Shown piece by piece: positions 12,266 to 24,823 of a stretch of DNA of 64,000 nucleotides. Position numbers and translations under genes: made by a program. Location: NCBI GenBank assembly GCA_002633005.1, contig NMRA01000298.1, forward strand, positions 282,312-346,311, read 5' to 3'. The number at the start of each line of letters is the position of its first letter. The first letter of the stretch is position 1. The stretch is from Phoronis australis (Eukaryota > Animalia > Phoronida). Under the pieces are notes generated by a model, which saw only the letters and a list, made by a program, of their open reading frames with translations, was not told the DNA's origin and searched no databases.

Positions 12266-12470
12266 CATGCGCGTACCCAGCATTCAATATGGGGGGCTCG
12301 AATTCCTGGCGTTGTGGAGTGAATTGCGTGTTTGCGCTTATTTAGGGGGCTTTTGTCCCATTTTCTGAGAATTTTTGTCTCTCGAACGTGGACCTTTTTG
12401 CCCACTTCGCTAAATGGCGAGGCTCGTTCGAGCCCCCCAAGCCCCCCTCCCCCATCTAGGTGCGCGCATG
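12266..12470. mobile_element. MITE with CATGCGCG(C/T)ACC TIRs, copy 1
   Basis: Terminal CATGCGCG...CGCGCATG flanked by the direct repeat CCGACAC. Internal sequence is shared with 45410-45633. Confidence 0.8.
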
Positions 12471-13410
12471 CCGACACCATAGTCACTCTACAGACGCAAC
12501 CTCATGGATTCGTTCAGTTTCGCAAAGAGTATTCGAATGACAAACCTGGTCAAGTCACGTGCTTCATTTCCAGAGCATGGTGACATCTCGTGAAGTCTGC
12601 ATACATGCGTGATCTTGCCAAACTCACAGGAAACTAGCCTCACGCTCTTCATCAATTGATCAAATAGTCTGATAGACTGGCGGTTAATTGTGTTTTTCTC
12701 AGAATGTTTGCACATTATTGAAGGGAGTTTGAAATTGGTTATAGATCTGAAATAGCAGCTGACACTGATGATTTGATTAATGTAACCCGGTGAAAACTGC
12801 ATATAATTCCGACAAACGAGATTACCCAACGCCTATCACAGTTACGGTTGTGGAAGTGCCACAAGGGAATGGCCAATATGGTGGAAGTTATTTGCACCAG
12901 TACCATAGCAGCAAGTTCTTTTCGATAAGGGTAAATTATCGCATCCCCGCTTATTACTCCTAAAAACCTATCAAATCGCCCAACGTTTTATAAAGGTACC
13001 ACTGCAACATGCGCGTCAAACAACCAAGAATGTGTGAAATAAAAAACATAAAATTATTTGACCGGAATCGCAAGCTTGAATACCACTGTTTATGAGAGCT
13101 ATCCGTTGTCTTAATATTGGCAATACTATGTCGCGCTGCCATCCACGTCCATAGTATCAGGTTTGACTGTTGATTCATATTCACACTATCAAATACAAGT
13201 TGTGAAGAAATAGCTATTGGTTAGTAAATTCCTTCTGTAAAAAAGCCTTAAAGTTTATAAAAGTGGGTGATTATTGAAACCCGTCTCTCCGACCCTCGCA
13301 TTGCAACGGTGATGACCGAGGATGTGTTCCGTAGACGCTTGTAACTCGCCAAACGTAAGATCACGCAGGCCTTTGCGAGGCATATCCATTTGGTACAAGC
13401 GAACCACCTA

Positions 13411-14070
13411 CCCTTACAAAAATGAACTTAAGTTTTTCGCTGACAACTTAAATTTTTGGCGAAAAAGCTTAAGTTTTTGAAAAATAACTTAAGTTTTAGA
13501 GGAAAAACTTAAGTTCTTCCGAAAAACTTAAGTTTTTAAAAGAAACTTAAGTTTTAAAACTTAAAATCTTCCGAAAAACTTAAGTTTTTTTTCAGGTGCA
13601 AAACTTAAGTTTTCACAAATAAACTTAAGTTTCAAGTAATAACTTAACTTTCCATGAAAACTTAAGTTTTTTGTTCTAACAAAACTTAAGTTTTTCTGAT
13701 AACTTAAGTTTATCACAAAACTTAAGTTTTTGTAATTTTAAAAACTTAAGTTTTCCTGACTTCCCAAGTTTTTCGCAAACTTTAGTTTTTCCAATCATAG
13801 AAACTTTAGTTTTGCCGACTCCTTAAGTTTTTCAGAAAAATGGATTTTTTCTAGGTTGGAATACTTAAGTTTTTGAAAAACTTAAATTTTCAGAACTTAA
13901 TTTTTTGAAAAACTTAAGTTTTAAGAACTTAAGTTTTTAAAAAACTTAAGTTTTTGAGAACTTAAGGTATGAAAACTTAAGTTCGTTCCAAAAAACTTGT
14001 TCCAAAATACTTAAGTTTTCGCCAAAAAAATTAAGTTTTTCGATGAAAACTTAGTTCATTTTTGTAAGGG
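13411..14070. mobile_element. Foldback/MITE-like element filled with palindromic AAACTTAAGTTT subrepeats
   Basis: 18-bp perfect TIR CCCTTACAAAAATGAACT with TA on both flanks. About 30 ACTTAAGT-type units (counted by eye) at 15-25 bp spacing. Confidence 0.85.
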
Positions 14071-14448
14071 TAGTCACTCTAGCTTTTCTCGCGAATGTGT
14101 TAGTACGTTTACGGAATGCAGACGTATTCTAGCAAGCTACCTTTCGTTCTCGCTCGCTGGAACAGATAACCAACATCACGCAGGTGTCGGTTCCACGAGA
14201 CAGGAGATTGGCTGCAAGTTAACGACTGGGGGGAATTAATCACTTTACGCTATGATGTTTTATGCATGGCTCCATACGAATAAGGTAACAAACAGTAATG
14301 TTGCTTACAAACAGGTCCCTGTTAATCACGCAGGAAGCCAAAACGTGGTGAACTGCTTTTTGTCTCCGACCCATGTAGATGTTAAAAACAGGAGTCTATA
14401 TTCATCAGCACCACCTTTATGTACATTGTAGTGAACATGAAGTCTCAA

Positions 14449-15186
14449 AGAGGCATGGAACGCGAAAGCTCGTCAAAAACAATTCCGGACGAAAGTATAG
14501 TCGCAACGTCTACTACAGGTTTATTCACTCCCCCTGTGCGGGAATTTCTAGAAAAAATTTAAAAAATCATGAATATTGAAATAGGCACTATGTATGGAAA
14601 AACTCAGTAGTCACCACAGAGTTTCTTATCTCCCTCCCACTTATGATAAAACCACGTATGCGCTCACAGTCATTTGACACCTGACTGACAACATGGATAT
14701 TAACGGCAGATTATCATGTCTAATCACATTTCGAACCTGAGGTCTACACCACAGTATGAGGCAAGCTAGAGAAGCAAGGGCTTTCCTAAAAATGGTGTTA
14801 CAAGTGCATTTTAGAATATATTTGAATACTGCAGTACCTTTAAAAATAATTCCAAACACTTGGGACTTACATCAATTGACTCGTAATCGGATTGACTGCT
14901 GCTTGAAGTCTCCATTGTTTTGCTATAAAGGTCAGAGGTCACATTTCTCATATACGGTAAGTTTTCTACTTCTGCATCTTGTCATACCAAATAAGGAGAC
15001 GTGTTTTGTATTGTGGGAGAAAAACCGACGAAGTGACGAACAGTTAGCAAATCATTTTTTTTTGAAATTTGAAACTATAAATTAAAACTTTATACTGTAA
15101 ACGGTGAACGGCTTGAATTCTGTTTCAGTGTCGGAGAACCACTATGAATAATGCAATTTAGTCTGGTTTTTGCGTTCCAGGTCTCT
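14449..15186. mobile_element. Kolobok-like non-autonomous DNA transposon, copy 1
   Basis: tcaa|agaggcatggaacgcgaaa ... ttttgcgttccaggtctct|ttaa. Colinear with 41761-42492 (shared atgaggcaagc, aataaggagacgtg, ttgtgggag). Confidence 0.75.
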
Positions 15187-15225
15187 TTAAGGGCGTGTTG
15201 CTTACACGAGGTATGAAAGACTTAC

Positions 15226-15337
15226 CAACGCAGACTCCTACGTTGTTAGTGCAGTCTTTCACACAGGCCTGGCCTCCGTCTGCGCAATTGGCGTTCGTGC
15301 ATTCAGTGCTTGAGTCAGCCTTGTTGTTGACGTTGTC
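15226..15337 (-). CDS. Gene A exon 2: small Cys-rich module
   Basis: ctctttccag|DNVNNKADSSTECTNANCADGGQACVKDCTNNVGVCV G|gtaagt. 112 nt, phase 0 in and phase 1 out, matching exons 1 and 3. Confidence 0.8.
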
Positions 15338-16851
15338 CTGGAAAGAGATTGTATGTCAGCGTCTGAAATTTTCATGCATGAAGATTCTCTGTGAACGCGT
15401 CAATCATGTTTATGACCTGTAAAGATAATTGTAACCATTGTCTGAGTACCGTAGTTGGTCGTTGCATATCATTCCCTTCGCATCTCAAAACTAAGGGTGA
15501 GTGTAATATGTCGGAAGACAGCAAGGAAGTGATTGAGGCACAGGGTCAATCAGCCGAGGTGTGGCCATTTTGTTGCAGCCCCAACAAGTGAACAAAATTG
15601 AAGTTAAACATTAATGAGCTGAGATTCGTTCATTTTCAGAGGATACTTGTGTCAAGTTAAAAGATCACCATTTGCGAATACGTTTTGAATTAAAGGAAGT
15701 CAGAGTGGAAATGGTATGTGTTAGCAATTAAGGGTGTTATGTACAATTTCAAATTATCTTTGGGTATGTCTAAATGTTTTATCTTTTGTACTTTGGTCTT
15801 TGCCTACTGCAAATTGAAAAATGTGGAGGTCACGTAATCATTATCGCGTTATAGCTGCCTAATGGTTTGCTGAAAATCCACCGGTAAACCAAACAATGAT
15901 AAATAAACTGTTGAAAACAAATTAATTTCGTTGAAAAATGCCGGAGTTATGTTTTTTGCTGCTTTAATTATATATCCCTGTTCGCTGATTTTCTAACGAG
16001 GGTGCAAATAAACGTTTTCCTTTCATGATTTTTAGGACCCCTGTGCTCGAGAAAATTATGGTTTACGTTTAAACGTACAATAAATATAGATTATTAAATG
16101 GTCAAGTCGTTATCTTCCGTAAGCTAGAGCCCGAATGAATTTTGGAGAATTATCCCTCTTCGAGGGCGATAATTCTACTAAGTCAACTCGGGGTCTAGAA
16201 AAATTGGATAACGACTGAGAATATGTAATAATCTATTTTTACTACATACTAAAATCATTGCCTATTCCAGGTTTGCCATTAATTTCGAGTCTGAACTGGA
16301 CATTTTGAGTTTTCATTCGGAATCTGGAGCTTTTACTCGAATTTATTTCTGGAATCGTGAAACCATAAGATGACAACTTGAAAAAGACAATATCATTGAG
16401 TGCAGAATAAATATATGTCAAACAACACCCGATAAAATGGTTGGTGTTATCAGCCGAGGTCTCTGCACCGAGTAAGTATTTTCACTCCGTCTTCGGCCTC
16501 GTAAAAATGTTAACTTGGCACACGAACCTCGGTTAATAACATCACGGTTACTAGAGCACGTGTAATTTAACATATTTATACCACACAATAAAGATTTAAT
16601 CCACAATTCCCAACCGATTATATTTTCCTCCGCGCATATTAAACGAGTCACTTGACCGTCTAATCACCGTAACTTAAAAGTTACACCACATAATCATCCT
16701 GACATAGCCATTGCAAGCGTTGATTAACACATTTTGTCAATCAACGTATTTTGATTAACGTTTTGGCGGGAACCCGAATCTGGATAAGAACACGTTTCGC
16801 TCAAGTGTCGCGCAACGTCAGTCTTCGCCTTAACCACTGAGTTATTCAGCA

Positions 16852-16999
16852 TGGATGAGTTGCATAAGACTTCAAAAGTTGTCCACTGGATAAGTTTGAT
16901 GACGTCAGGTGAATTATTCAACAGTATAAAGGTGACGTGTGATAGTGCGACTTCATTGTTGGTTGCTATACGGCGTATAATTGTTTATGCAGCTGGGCC
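16852..16999. mobile_element. About 150-bp Harbinger-like MITE, copy 1
   Basis: gagttgcataa...ttatgcagctgggcc|cag. Homologous to 24147-24295. Confidence 0.6.
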
Positions 17000-17369
17000 C
17001 AGCTGACGTCATATCACGTGAAAATTGAATACTTAGATGAGTTCGAGCAATAATTGCATGTTCAACAAACCGCTATGTACAGACCATTTATTACGCTGTG
17101 AAAAATATGACATACAGTTTTAATAAATGATTCAGTCAAGTTTAAACACTTTAACATGTAAATATCATGTGATGTACATTGTAATTAATACGGGTAGGTA
17201 TATTTTTTGAAAAATGTTGCAGAAATAAATCTAAATGTCTCAGTTGACGTTTCCTAAAGGGTCAAGATTTCCGACCCCGGGTCTCTGACATTGAAAGTAG
17301 TTCCAAAGCCGAGGCTAGTCGACAAAGGTAGATGGATTCGTTGCAATAATTTTCTTTCAGCATGTAGTA

Positions 17370-18912
17370 CAAATCGATTGTTAAATATTCTCAGTGGTTA
17401 TCCCCCTTTTCTAGAAATTTAACCCCGTTTATTAGAGTAACGGTAATTAAAACATTAGCTATTTCTAAAATTATTTTTTGTCAAGTTTACCAAATCCCCC
17501 AATAAAAGTCTTGGATGAATTGAATACGTCATTTTTTAGATTTGTGTGGCAGGCTCATGATGATAAAATTAAACGAACCACGGCCTGTTTAGGACTTGAT
17601 CAAGGAGACTTCAAATGATCAATATGAAAACTTTCAGCAAAGCATTAAAACTCGCTAAGTCCCGAAGATATCTTGAAAACCCTGCCTCTAAAAGTGGTGA
17701 ATTACTGTACTCACTCTACCCGTTCTTAAATAATTTTGATTCATTGGGAGATGACTTTATTAAGTCGAAGTTAGCTCTAATTGGTAATTCCTACTGGTGT
17801 GAAGTATTTGGAAGTATGACATCTTTCTACCAGAAAATAATTGTTGCAAGTAGGGAGGACCTTTTGAATCAACCTTTGTGGTTTAATACTAAGTTGGCGA
17901 TCGGAGGTACAAGTGTTTTTATAAGCCTTGGTTTTTAAAAGGCTTAAGATTTATTAGAGATATGTATACCTCTGACGGTGATTTCGTTGGTTTGAACCAT
18001 ATGAAAAATACGTTCGATGTAAAAACCAACTTTGTAGAATATAATGATGCTGTTTACGTTCTAAGAAAGTTTCAAAAAAGTTTATTTCAAAGTAAATTTA
18101 AAATTGTTAATGTCTACGCTCCTTGCATGCATTTAGCAATCACTCACTTACAGAGAGATTTGAAGGGTGTAGACATATTTGTTCAGTCTTTAATGACGTT
18201 AAGAAACCTTCTGAGTCTGAGTGTATATCAGTATTAGAGCTCAGAGATAGTTCAGATTGGAAGAAAATATACACATCACCTTATGAAATTACAAAATATC
18301 CCAACATTAGATGGTTCCAATTTAAAATAATACACAGGATTATTGCAACAAATACATTTTTAGTCAAAATCTGTGTTCGGGATTCTAATTTATGTTCCTT
18401 TTGTAATAAAGATCCAGAGACGCTGTCACACCCTTTTTGGGAATGCCGCATTGTACAAGATTTCTGGAAAGAATTCGGACAGCTAATGAAAAAGTGTAGC
18501 ATTCAGCTTCCCAACAGTCTCTCTTACGATCGAGTTATTCTTGGACTTTACGAGACGCATGATTTTCTTTTTAACATTTTGCTTCTAATAGCCAAACAGT
18601 ACATTTACAAGGAGAGATATCACAAAAATATACCTAATCTTAACAGATTTATTACATATACTTATGAGTACTACAATGCTGAAAAATTAATTGCATACAA
18701 AAATTTTTTCTGTGACAGCTTCTCTGCGAAATGGGAAAATTTCGTTGTTCATGTTAACTACATGTAGAAGTTATTTACTTTAAACGAGGTACGAGAATGG
18801 TCTTTGCTGAGGTGTGCATGCGTGAATGAATGGATGTACTTATTTGTTTGTTTATTTGTTTGTTTGTTTGTTTTTGTACTGTTTCATAAATGATAATGAA
18901 TTCTTAAAAAAA
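17370..18912 (+). mobile_element. 5'-truncated, frameshifted Tx1/L1-clade LINE in intron 1 (antisense to gene A)
   Basis: ORF2 C-terminal motifs NQPLWFN, RWFQFKIIHRIIATN and CSFCNKDPETLSHPFWEC (zf-RVT/CCHC). 3' (TTTG)n tract followed by an A-rich tail. Confidence 0.88.
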
Positions 18913-18942
18913 GAATATAAATTCACGTCACCTTTTCATGAA

Positions 18943-20047
18943 CACAGGCGCTTGGGTTTATCGCAAATGACGTCACTCAATAATATATATAAGAAAACAT
19001 AAAGGTTGGACACTTAAACTTTGCCAAGCCGAGGCTCCCAACTTCAACCGTCCAAAATCCAAATAAAATCTGCGTGCACCTCCCTTAGTCTGGTGTTGCA
19101 TAAACCTTCGAAGCCTTATCTTCCCTAGATCCCATTAACTGTCTTCGTGAATGGTGAATTGGCGATGGAATTTCCAAAACAATCTCAAAGCTCTGAATTC
19201 AAGGACCAGAAATAGTAAACATGGCGGACTTCAGTTGTGCTTCAACTTGTACGCCTGTCGTAGTTTGAGCAAGCAACCTATATTTCAAGTTCAATAATTC
19301 TAATCCAAAACTCAACTAATTGAGAATGTTAAAGTTAGTATTTTAATGATTATTTGTAACTTTATTCCACTGTCGGCTCATTTTAGCCTTTAACTTAGAA
19401 TTTTATTACATAAACTGGCGTATCTTGTTTCTCATCTTGACATCACGCACTTTTTTGATTGAAGCACAACACACACTCGGCCAGGAAACGCAGTCCGTGC
19501 AAGTATAACAATGCGCGTGGCTGGCGAGTTAACTCAATGGTTTTGGCCAAAAGTAAAACCTTCATAAGAAATCACAGTACACAAAAAACTTCGCATATCA
19601 ATAGTATCAGGATAATTTATATTTGATACAAATATGTGAGTAATTACATTTATTTGGCAATAAAGTGCTCTCTGCTTCTCATGATCAAGTAGTCGAGGGA
19701 TTGACGATGAACGCCGCGCGAAATTAGACTTTCGGATTTAGTTCGGGAGCGTCCGTCAAAAACCCGGACGTGCGAAGACCGTCTGCCATGACATCACGGA
19801 ATCACGTCCTTGAATTTGTGATTTTGGCATTCTTTTGTCATTTTTGTCGCCAAATCACCACTCGACGGCAATTTGAAGAGATCGAATGAAAGAAAGTATT
19901 CTAAGAGTTGTCCGATGCTAGTTTCGTGGAGTTCCATGCACATTTGAGTAGAAAATTCTGAGCAAACAGATTTCGAGTGTCCAACCTTTATGTTTTCTTA
20001 TATATATTATTGAGTGACGTCATTTTCGATAAACCCAAGCGCCTGTG
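18943..20047. mobile_element. 1.1-kb non-autonomous DNA transposon with 72-bp TIRs
   Basis: 18943-19014 and 19976-20047 are inverted repeats with one mismatch. TCATGA lies next to both ends. No coding capacity seen. Confidence 0.88.
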
Positions 20048-20339
20048 GTCATGACAAACAACACCAGTCGTGAAAGACTACGACCAGTGGCCAAATGTAA
20101 TGTTGTTCAGCAATTCACATGTCATATAGATGACTGTCTTCGTCCTCATTCTCGTAAACAGCGTTACAATGGACACACGGTGTCATCTCTATCACGACGG
20201 ATGCCCATGCGTTTGCAGGGAAGGGGTCCGTTCAAGATCACTTTGTACACCAAAATGGCCAAAAATAACTACGCGGGAAACAGTAGACAATACCGTCATT
20301 AACTATGTTGAAAATGACATTTTTCGGCTAAAGATTTTG

Positions 20340-21380
20340 TAATCGCTATTGATTAGTCATGAAAAAACTGTGTTGAATGCACAGCTCACAGGTATGAGTG
20401 TAGCACGATGGCTCTGCTTCGATAGAGTTGCGGGCTTTCTACCGTGTGTTGCATCCACACACTCTGCTTCTATGCTGTCACGTGTAATTCACTGTTTATT
20501 TCGCTCTGCATATTTTCATTCTACTCATTGCCTGTTGATGTGACATGAAGTCACGATTTTTTTCCCATACGCGTTGAATCTGTCGAGGGAAATACGGCTA
20601 TGTAATAATGTTTCCGTATTCACCTCCCGCACTACTTCAACAGTGACCTCTGAAATCCAAGGTTCAAAAGGTAGGTCAATGTCGACTCGACGTCGTTAGC
20701 CAGGTAGATCATCAAACTTTCGGGAAATAGCTTAATTAAAGTAATACAATTGTAGCAGCTACAGAATCCGTATCCAGTCAGCTAGCTGTATGAACAGACT
20801 GTTGTGTATTTAGTATACAGCTTTCTACCAAGCCTACAGAATCCATAGAAATGCGACAACGTACCTGCAACAACGCTACAACAGGCATATTCGCGGGGCA
20901 CTTTTAACATCTTCGTGAAAACAGACAACGTGTAGGCTACGCGCTCCGGTCAATGACCTAGTTTCATGAATTAATCCAGCTACCCGATGAGGACTTTACA
21001 ATGATATAAATATTATTGTTAATTATTTATTCTCGAAATATGATACAATTTCAATGCACAATAACTGTCGTTTTCACATTTTTATCAATTTCAAGTAATA
21101 AACCGTTACATTTAAAACTGTTTTCTTTTAATATACAAGTAGTAAGTTCGCAACATAACGCGCACTTACATACAAAGCAGGTTGTGATTCGCCACGTAAA
21201 CAGTCAGGGTGAAGTATTCTTAAAATTCAGAAAGAAAACAAAAGAAACTCAAGAATTCGATGCGTATGGAATAAATATAGCTCGACATCGACCTCGACCT
21301 TCGGTCTCGGTCGATACGCGGAATATTGTGTCGTGGGATATTATTTCATATACGCCTCTCTCGATACGTTATGTGTATAT
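20340..21380 (+). repeat. About 1-kb dispersed repeat, copy 1 (copy 2 at about 44940-45880)
   Basis: Shared blocks cccatac.cgttgaatc, gttcaaaaggtaggtc.atgt.gactcgacgtcgttagccag, cgccacgt.aacagt..gggtgaagtatt and gtctcggtcgatacgcggaat. Boundaries are approximate. Confidence 0.7.
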
Positions 21381-21599
21381 AGCTACTGTGCTGTTTTTTT
21401 TTTGTCTCTTCCTTTGTTCCTTCGTTCCTTCAAACCAGAAGAAAGGAAACTATTCTGAAATTACAAAGGTACTAGAATCAAACATGCTAACAAAATGTCT
21501 AGTCTCGTCGTGTGTAAACGAAGGCCTATTAACGAACTATACTGAATATCAATATCTGGAGGTCATGCATAATTGATCTAATTGACTCCCAGCAATCAG

Positions 21600-23450
21600 C
21601 AATTGCATAAGAAATTAAATTTGACTCGTTTCATGACGCTTTTTTTAAAACTGTTCAAGAAATGGATGAAAATGTCAAATTCATAGGCTCTTCCAGTAAA
21701 CCTAAAAAGAAGTATAGAAATATAAAGTCTTACTGGAATAACGATCTGACACAAAATGGGAATTGTTATATAATAATGAAAAGCTATTATTAATTACTCA
21801 AGAATAAGAGAATTTATAAAATCTCAGAACTTTTTTGCTAAAGCATTAACAAAGCAACACAGAAGACAATCTGTGATAAAGCTTTAAAATCTAAATATCG
21901 AATATTCAAAAGAATGTGGAAACATTTAAAGAAACTACGATCTCGTAAAGATAACTCGACACCACTTCCCGATAAAAGCGACGATGATACTTTAATATCC
22001 GTGAAAAACAATTGTTCTCAACTACTGGAAAATGATTTCTGATCATTATAACATAAACCTGCTGGTATTGCCCCGCAGTTTGATCAGGTTTTCTATAGAA
22101 CTGATTAATTGAAAACAGAATTTGGAAATGATATGAATCAAAATTGAAAGGCAAAAACCTTAATGCTGAATTAGAAGTAAAACGGATGTTGGTCATCTTA
22201 AAGCAGGAGATGAAATTGGGGTTGACAAAACTCCCAATGAAATTCTAAAATGTTGTTTTAACCTTTCACTTCAATTGTTTAATTTGTGCTAATCCTCGAG
22301 AATAGTCATTAGCATTTGGTCTAAGACCATTATCACAACGATTGCAAGGAATGATAATAAAGATTCGTATACTCCTATTCATTGCAGATGGATTAGTTTA
22401 ATGTCAAGTGTATCCAAGTTACAATTTAGTTTAATCAATAATAAACTCATTAAATTCGCAGAAGGAAGCAATAATTTTGTGGGAGATTTTGCAAAAATAG
22501 ATCCTGCAGTGACCGTGTATTCACCTTACAAATACCCTCAGTCATGATGAGACGATAAGAAAATACATTTCCGCGTTTGATAGACTTTGAACAAGCCTTC
22601 GATCGGATTGGCAGAGATCTTCTATTACTAAAACTGTTACAAAATAATGTTAGGGAAAATTTTCAATGTCATGAAGTTATCATTTCTTGGCAGTACAGCT
22701 TGCATTAAGCTTAACACAAAAAATCTCCACTAATTGCTCCTCAACAACGAGCAGAGCTACAAAGAGTGGCGGGCTATCTCACTCAATATTAACTATTTAT
22801 ATTAAAAATAGATGCAACTTAATTCATCTATTTTGTTGCATGCAAATGAAAATGAACGCAATTTCCAAATTATGCTTAACCAAGTTTGGTTAGATGCCAA
22901 AATGGGAACTTTAGATTAATGAAGGAAAAACAACTATTGAACACTTGTATTGTCTTGTCTTTAACTGTTACGTTACTGTTGAAAATTTAAGTGTTGTTTA
23001 CAAATCAAAGTACAAATACTCAGGGTTCGATTTTAGCGGCTTTTTACATTATCAAGACACTGCTCAAATTTTGAGTGACTCTTGGTGGTACTACAATTTC
23101 TAAATTTCATAAACTGAGAGATCTTGACTGTCTCTATTCCACCTGTGTACAACCCATCATGGAGTATTCTTATGGAGTCTGGGGAATTGCAGACTTTCGT
23201 TGTTGTAATTTTGTACAAAACAGAGCTATATGTACAGTGTATGAGGTATTTTTTGGTGTCGAGCGCTCAGCTCCTACAGTATTGTTGCCATGAGAGGTGA
23301 CATCGGTTGGATTCCCCCGAGATATAATCGTCGCATGAATATGGTTCGTCTGTGCAATTGATTATTGGGTTTTATTTGTAGAAGACATACCAGAAAAAAA
23401 ATTTAAACAGTACTGTAACCGAAACAATTCAAATTGGCCCTCAGAGATAC
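21600..23450 (+). mobile_element. Highly decayed non-LTR retrotransposon (reverse transcriptase region)
   Basis: Fragmented RT motifs across frames: GVDKTPNEILK, ISLMSSVSK, RSCSDRVFTL, IDFEQAFDRIGRDLLLLKL, LYSTCVQPIMEYSYGVWG, VQNRAI, GDIGW. Many stops and frameshifts. Clade uncertain. Confidence 0.8.
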
Positions 23451-24146
23451 AGTAAGCGTAAATTTCAACTCTTGTCAGTTAATTTGTAGCGGTGGGAAAA
23501 ATGTTAATAAATTATTGCTGGCGGTCGGATACACGCGCATGTGGGCCCTTTGCATTGATCACCTGGAACCATATTTATGCTCTATTTATACAAACATGTA
23601 GTTAAAATCGTGCTGAAGAGCTAGAAACCTGACTCAAGGGCTTAGCAGTTTGACCCAGTGTTACTCGAACGCCCTATCTCGAGTAAGGAAAGGGGACACC
23701 TATCACAATAGGCTACACTGCCACCTCTAAAAAAACAAAAAATAGTTGCTAAACAACGTCCTATTTTTTTAAAATAGGTGGTTGATTAAAAGAACTTACA
23801 TTTTTAATCGGACTTTTTAATGAGCACTACTTACGGTTCTGTTTGAGCAGATATCATTGACCACTTACATGTACATGTATATTACAATTTCATTTTGGAA
23901 TTTTCCCACCTCATATTGGAACTGTTAGGTTTTTTTAACACTGATTACGGATTTTGTTTTCTAGGTAGTTTTCACACTGCTAAGGATGAAATTCCTTTTC
24001 ATTCCTTGTCACTGTCCTTTTAGAAAGATTTAAGAATTTTGTTGTTTTCAAATCACACTTATTTTAGGATTTCGATCTGTTAAGTTCTGAGGACAAACTT
24101 GCTATTGGATGTACATGTAATGAAGTTTGTAGTAATCTGGCTAATG

Positions 24147-24295
24147 GGCTGAGTTGCGTAAAACTTCAAAATTATCCGCTGGATAAGTTTGATTGTTGCA
24201 TGACGTCAGGTGCATTGTTCAACAAAAACAAGGTGACTCGTGAAAATGTTACGTCATTGTTGCTATACAACGTAAAATTTTCATGCAACTGGGCC
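24147..24295. mobile_element. About 150-bp Harbinger-like MITE, copy 2
   Basis: ggctgagttgcgtaaaa ... ttttcatgcaactgggcc|ctg. Shares ctggataagtttga and tgacgtcaggtg with copy 1. Confidence 0.65.
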
Positions 24296-24823
24296 CTGTT
24301 CAAATAGTTTTGAGCTTCATATCAAATTGTGTGTGCATTGCTATCCTTCAATTTTGTTTTTAAAGTGACTAATAGCCCCGTGGGCTGGGTGTTCAAGTAA
24401 CACTGGTCATAGTAATAAGCGTATCTTTTTTCATCTTCCAATATTCATTTAAAGTTATTTTTAAAAGTGGGCGGGTCTCCGTGGATGCCTTGTTACGAAT
24501 TGCGACAGTTCTTTGAGTACCCATAATACATGAGGCAGCTGCTACATTTACTTACTACCAAGAATATTATAGGTGGCTGCTCGCCACTAACACTAGACGT
24601 TAAACCAAAAACTAATATTTAATTCAGTTAAGCTTGATGTAGTGCTGAATGAGAGGCATATTTGGACTTAAGTCTCGATGGAACGATCTTACCTCCAACG
24701 TCTTTTGATATACTCGGTAATTAAAATCAGGCAGACAGAGCCCCTTTAAGCACAAACTGTACTGTTTTGCCTCTCAAGTGGTCATCATAGTAGATTGTAA
24801 ACACGCTTGATTTACGTTCTAAC

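Noticed and set aside
13411-14070. Palindromic repeats with short spacers, superficially CRISPR-like
   Set aside because: Eukaryotic context, repeats of only about 10-14 bp, low-complexity A/T spacers, enclosing TIRs and no cas genes.
21016-21576. 186-aa plus-strand ORF
   Set aside because: Non-ATG start, largely inside a dispersed repeat, and no recognisable motifs.
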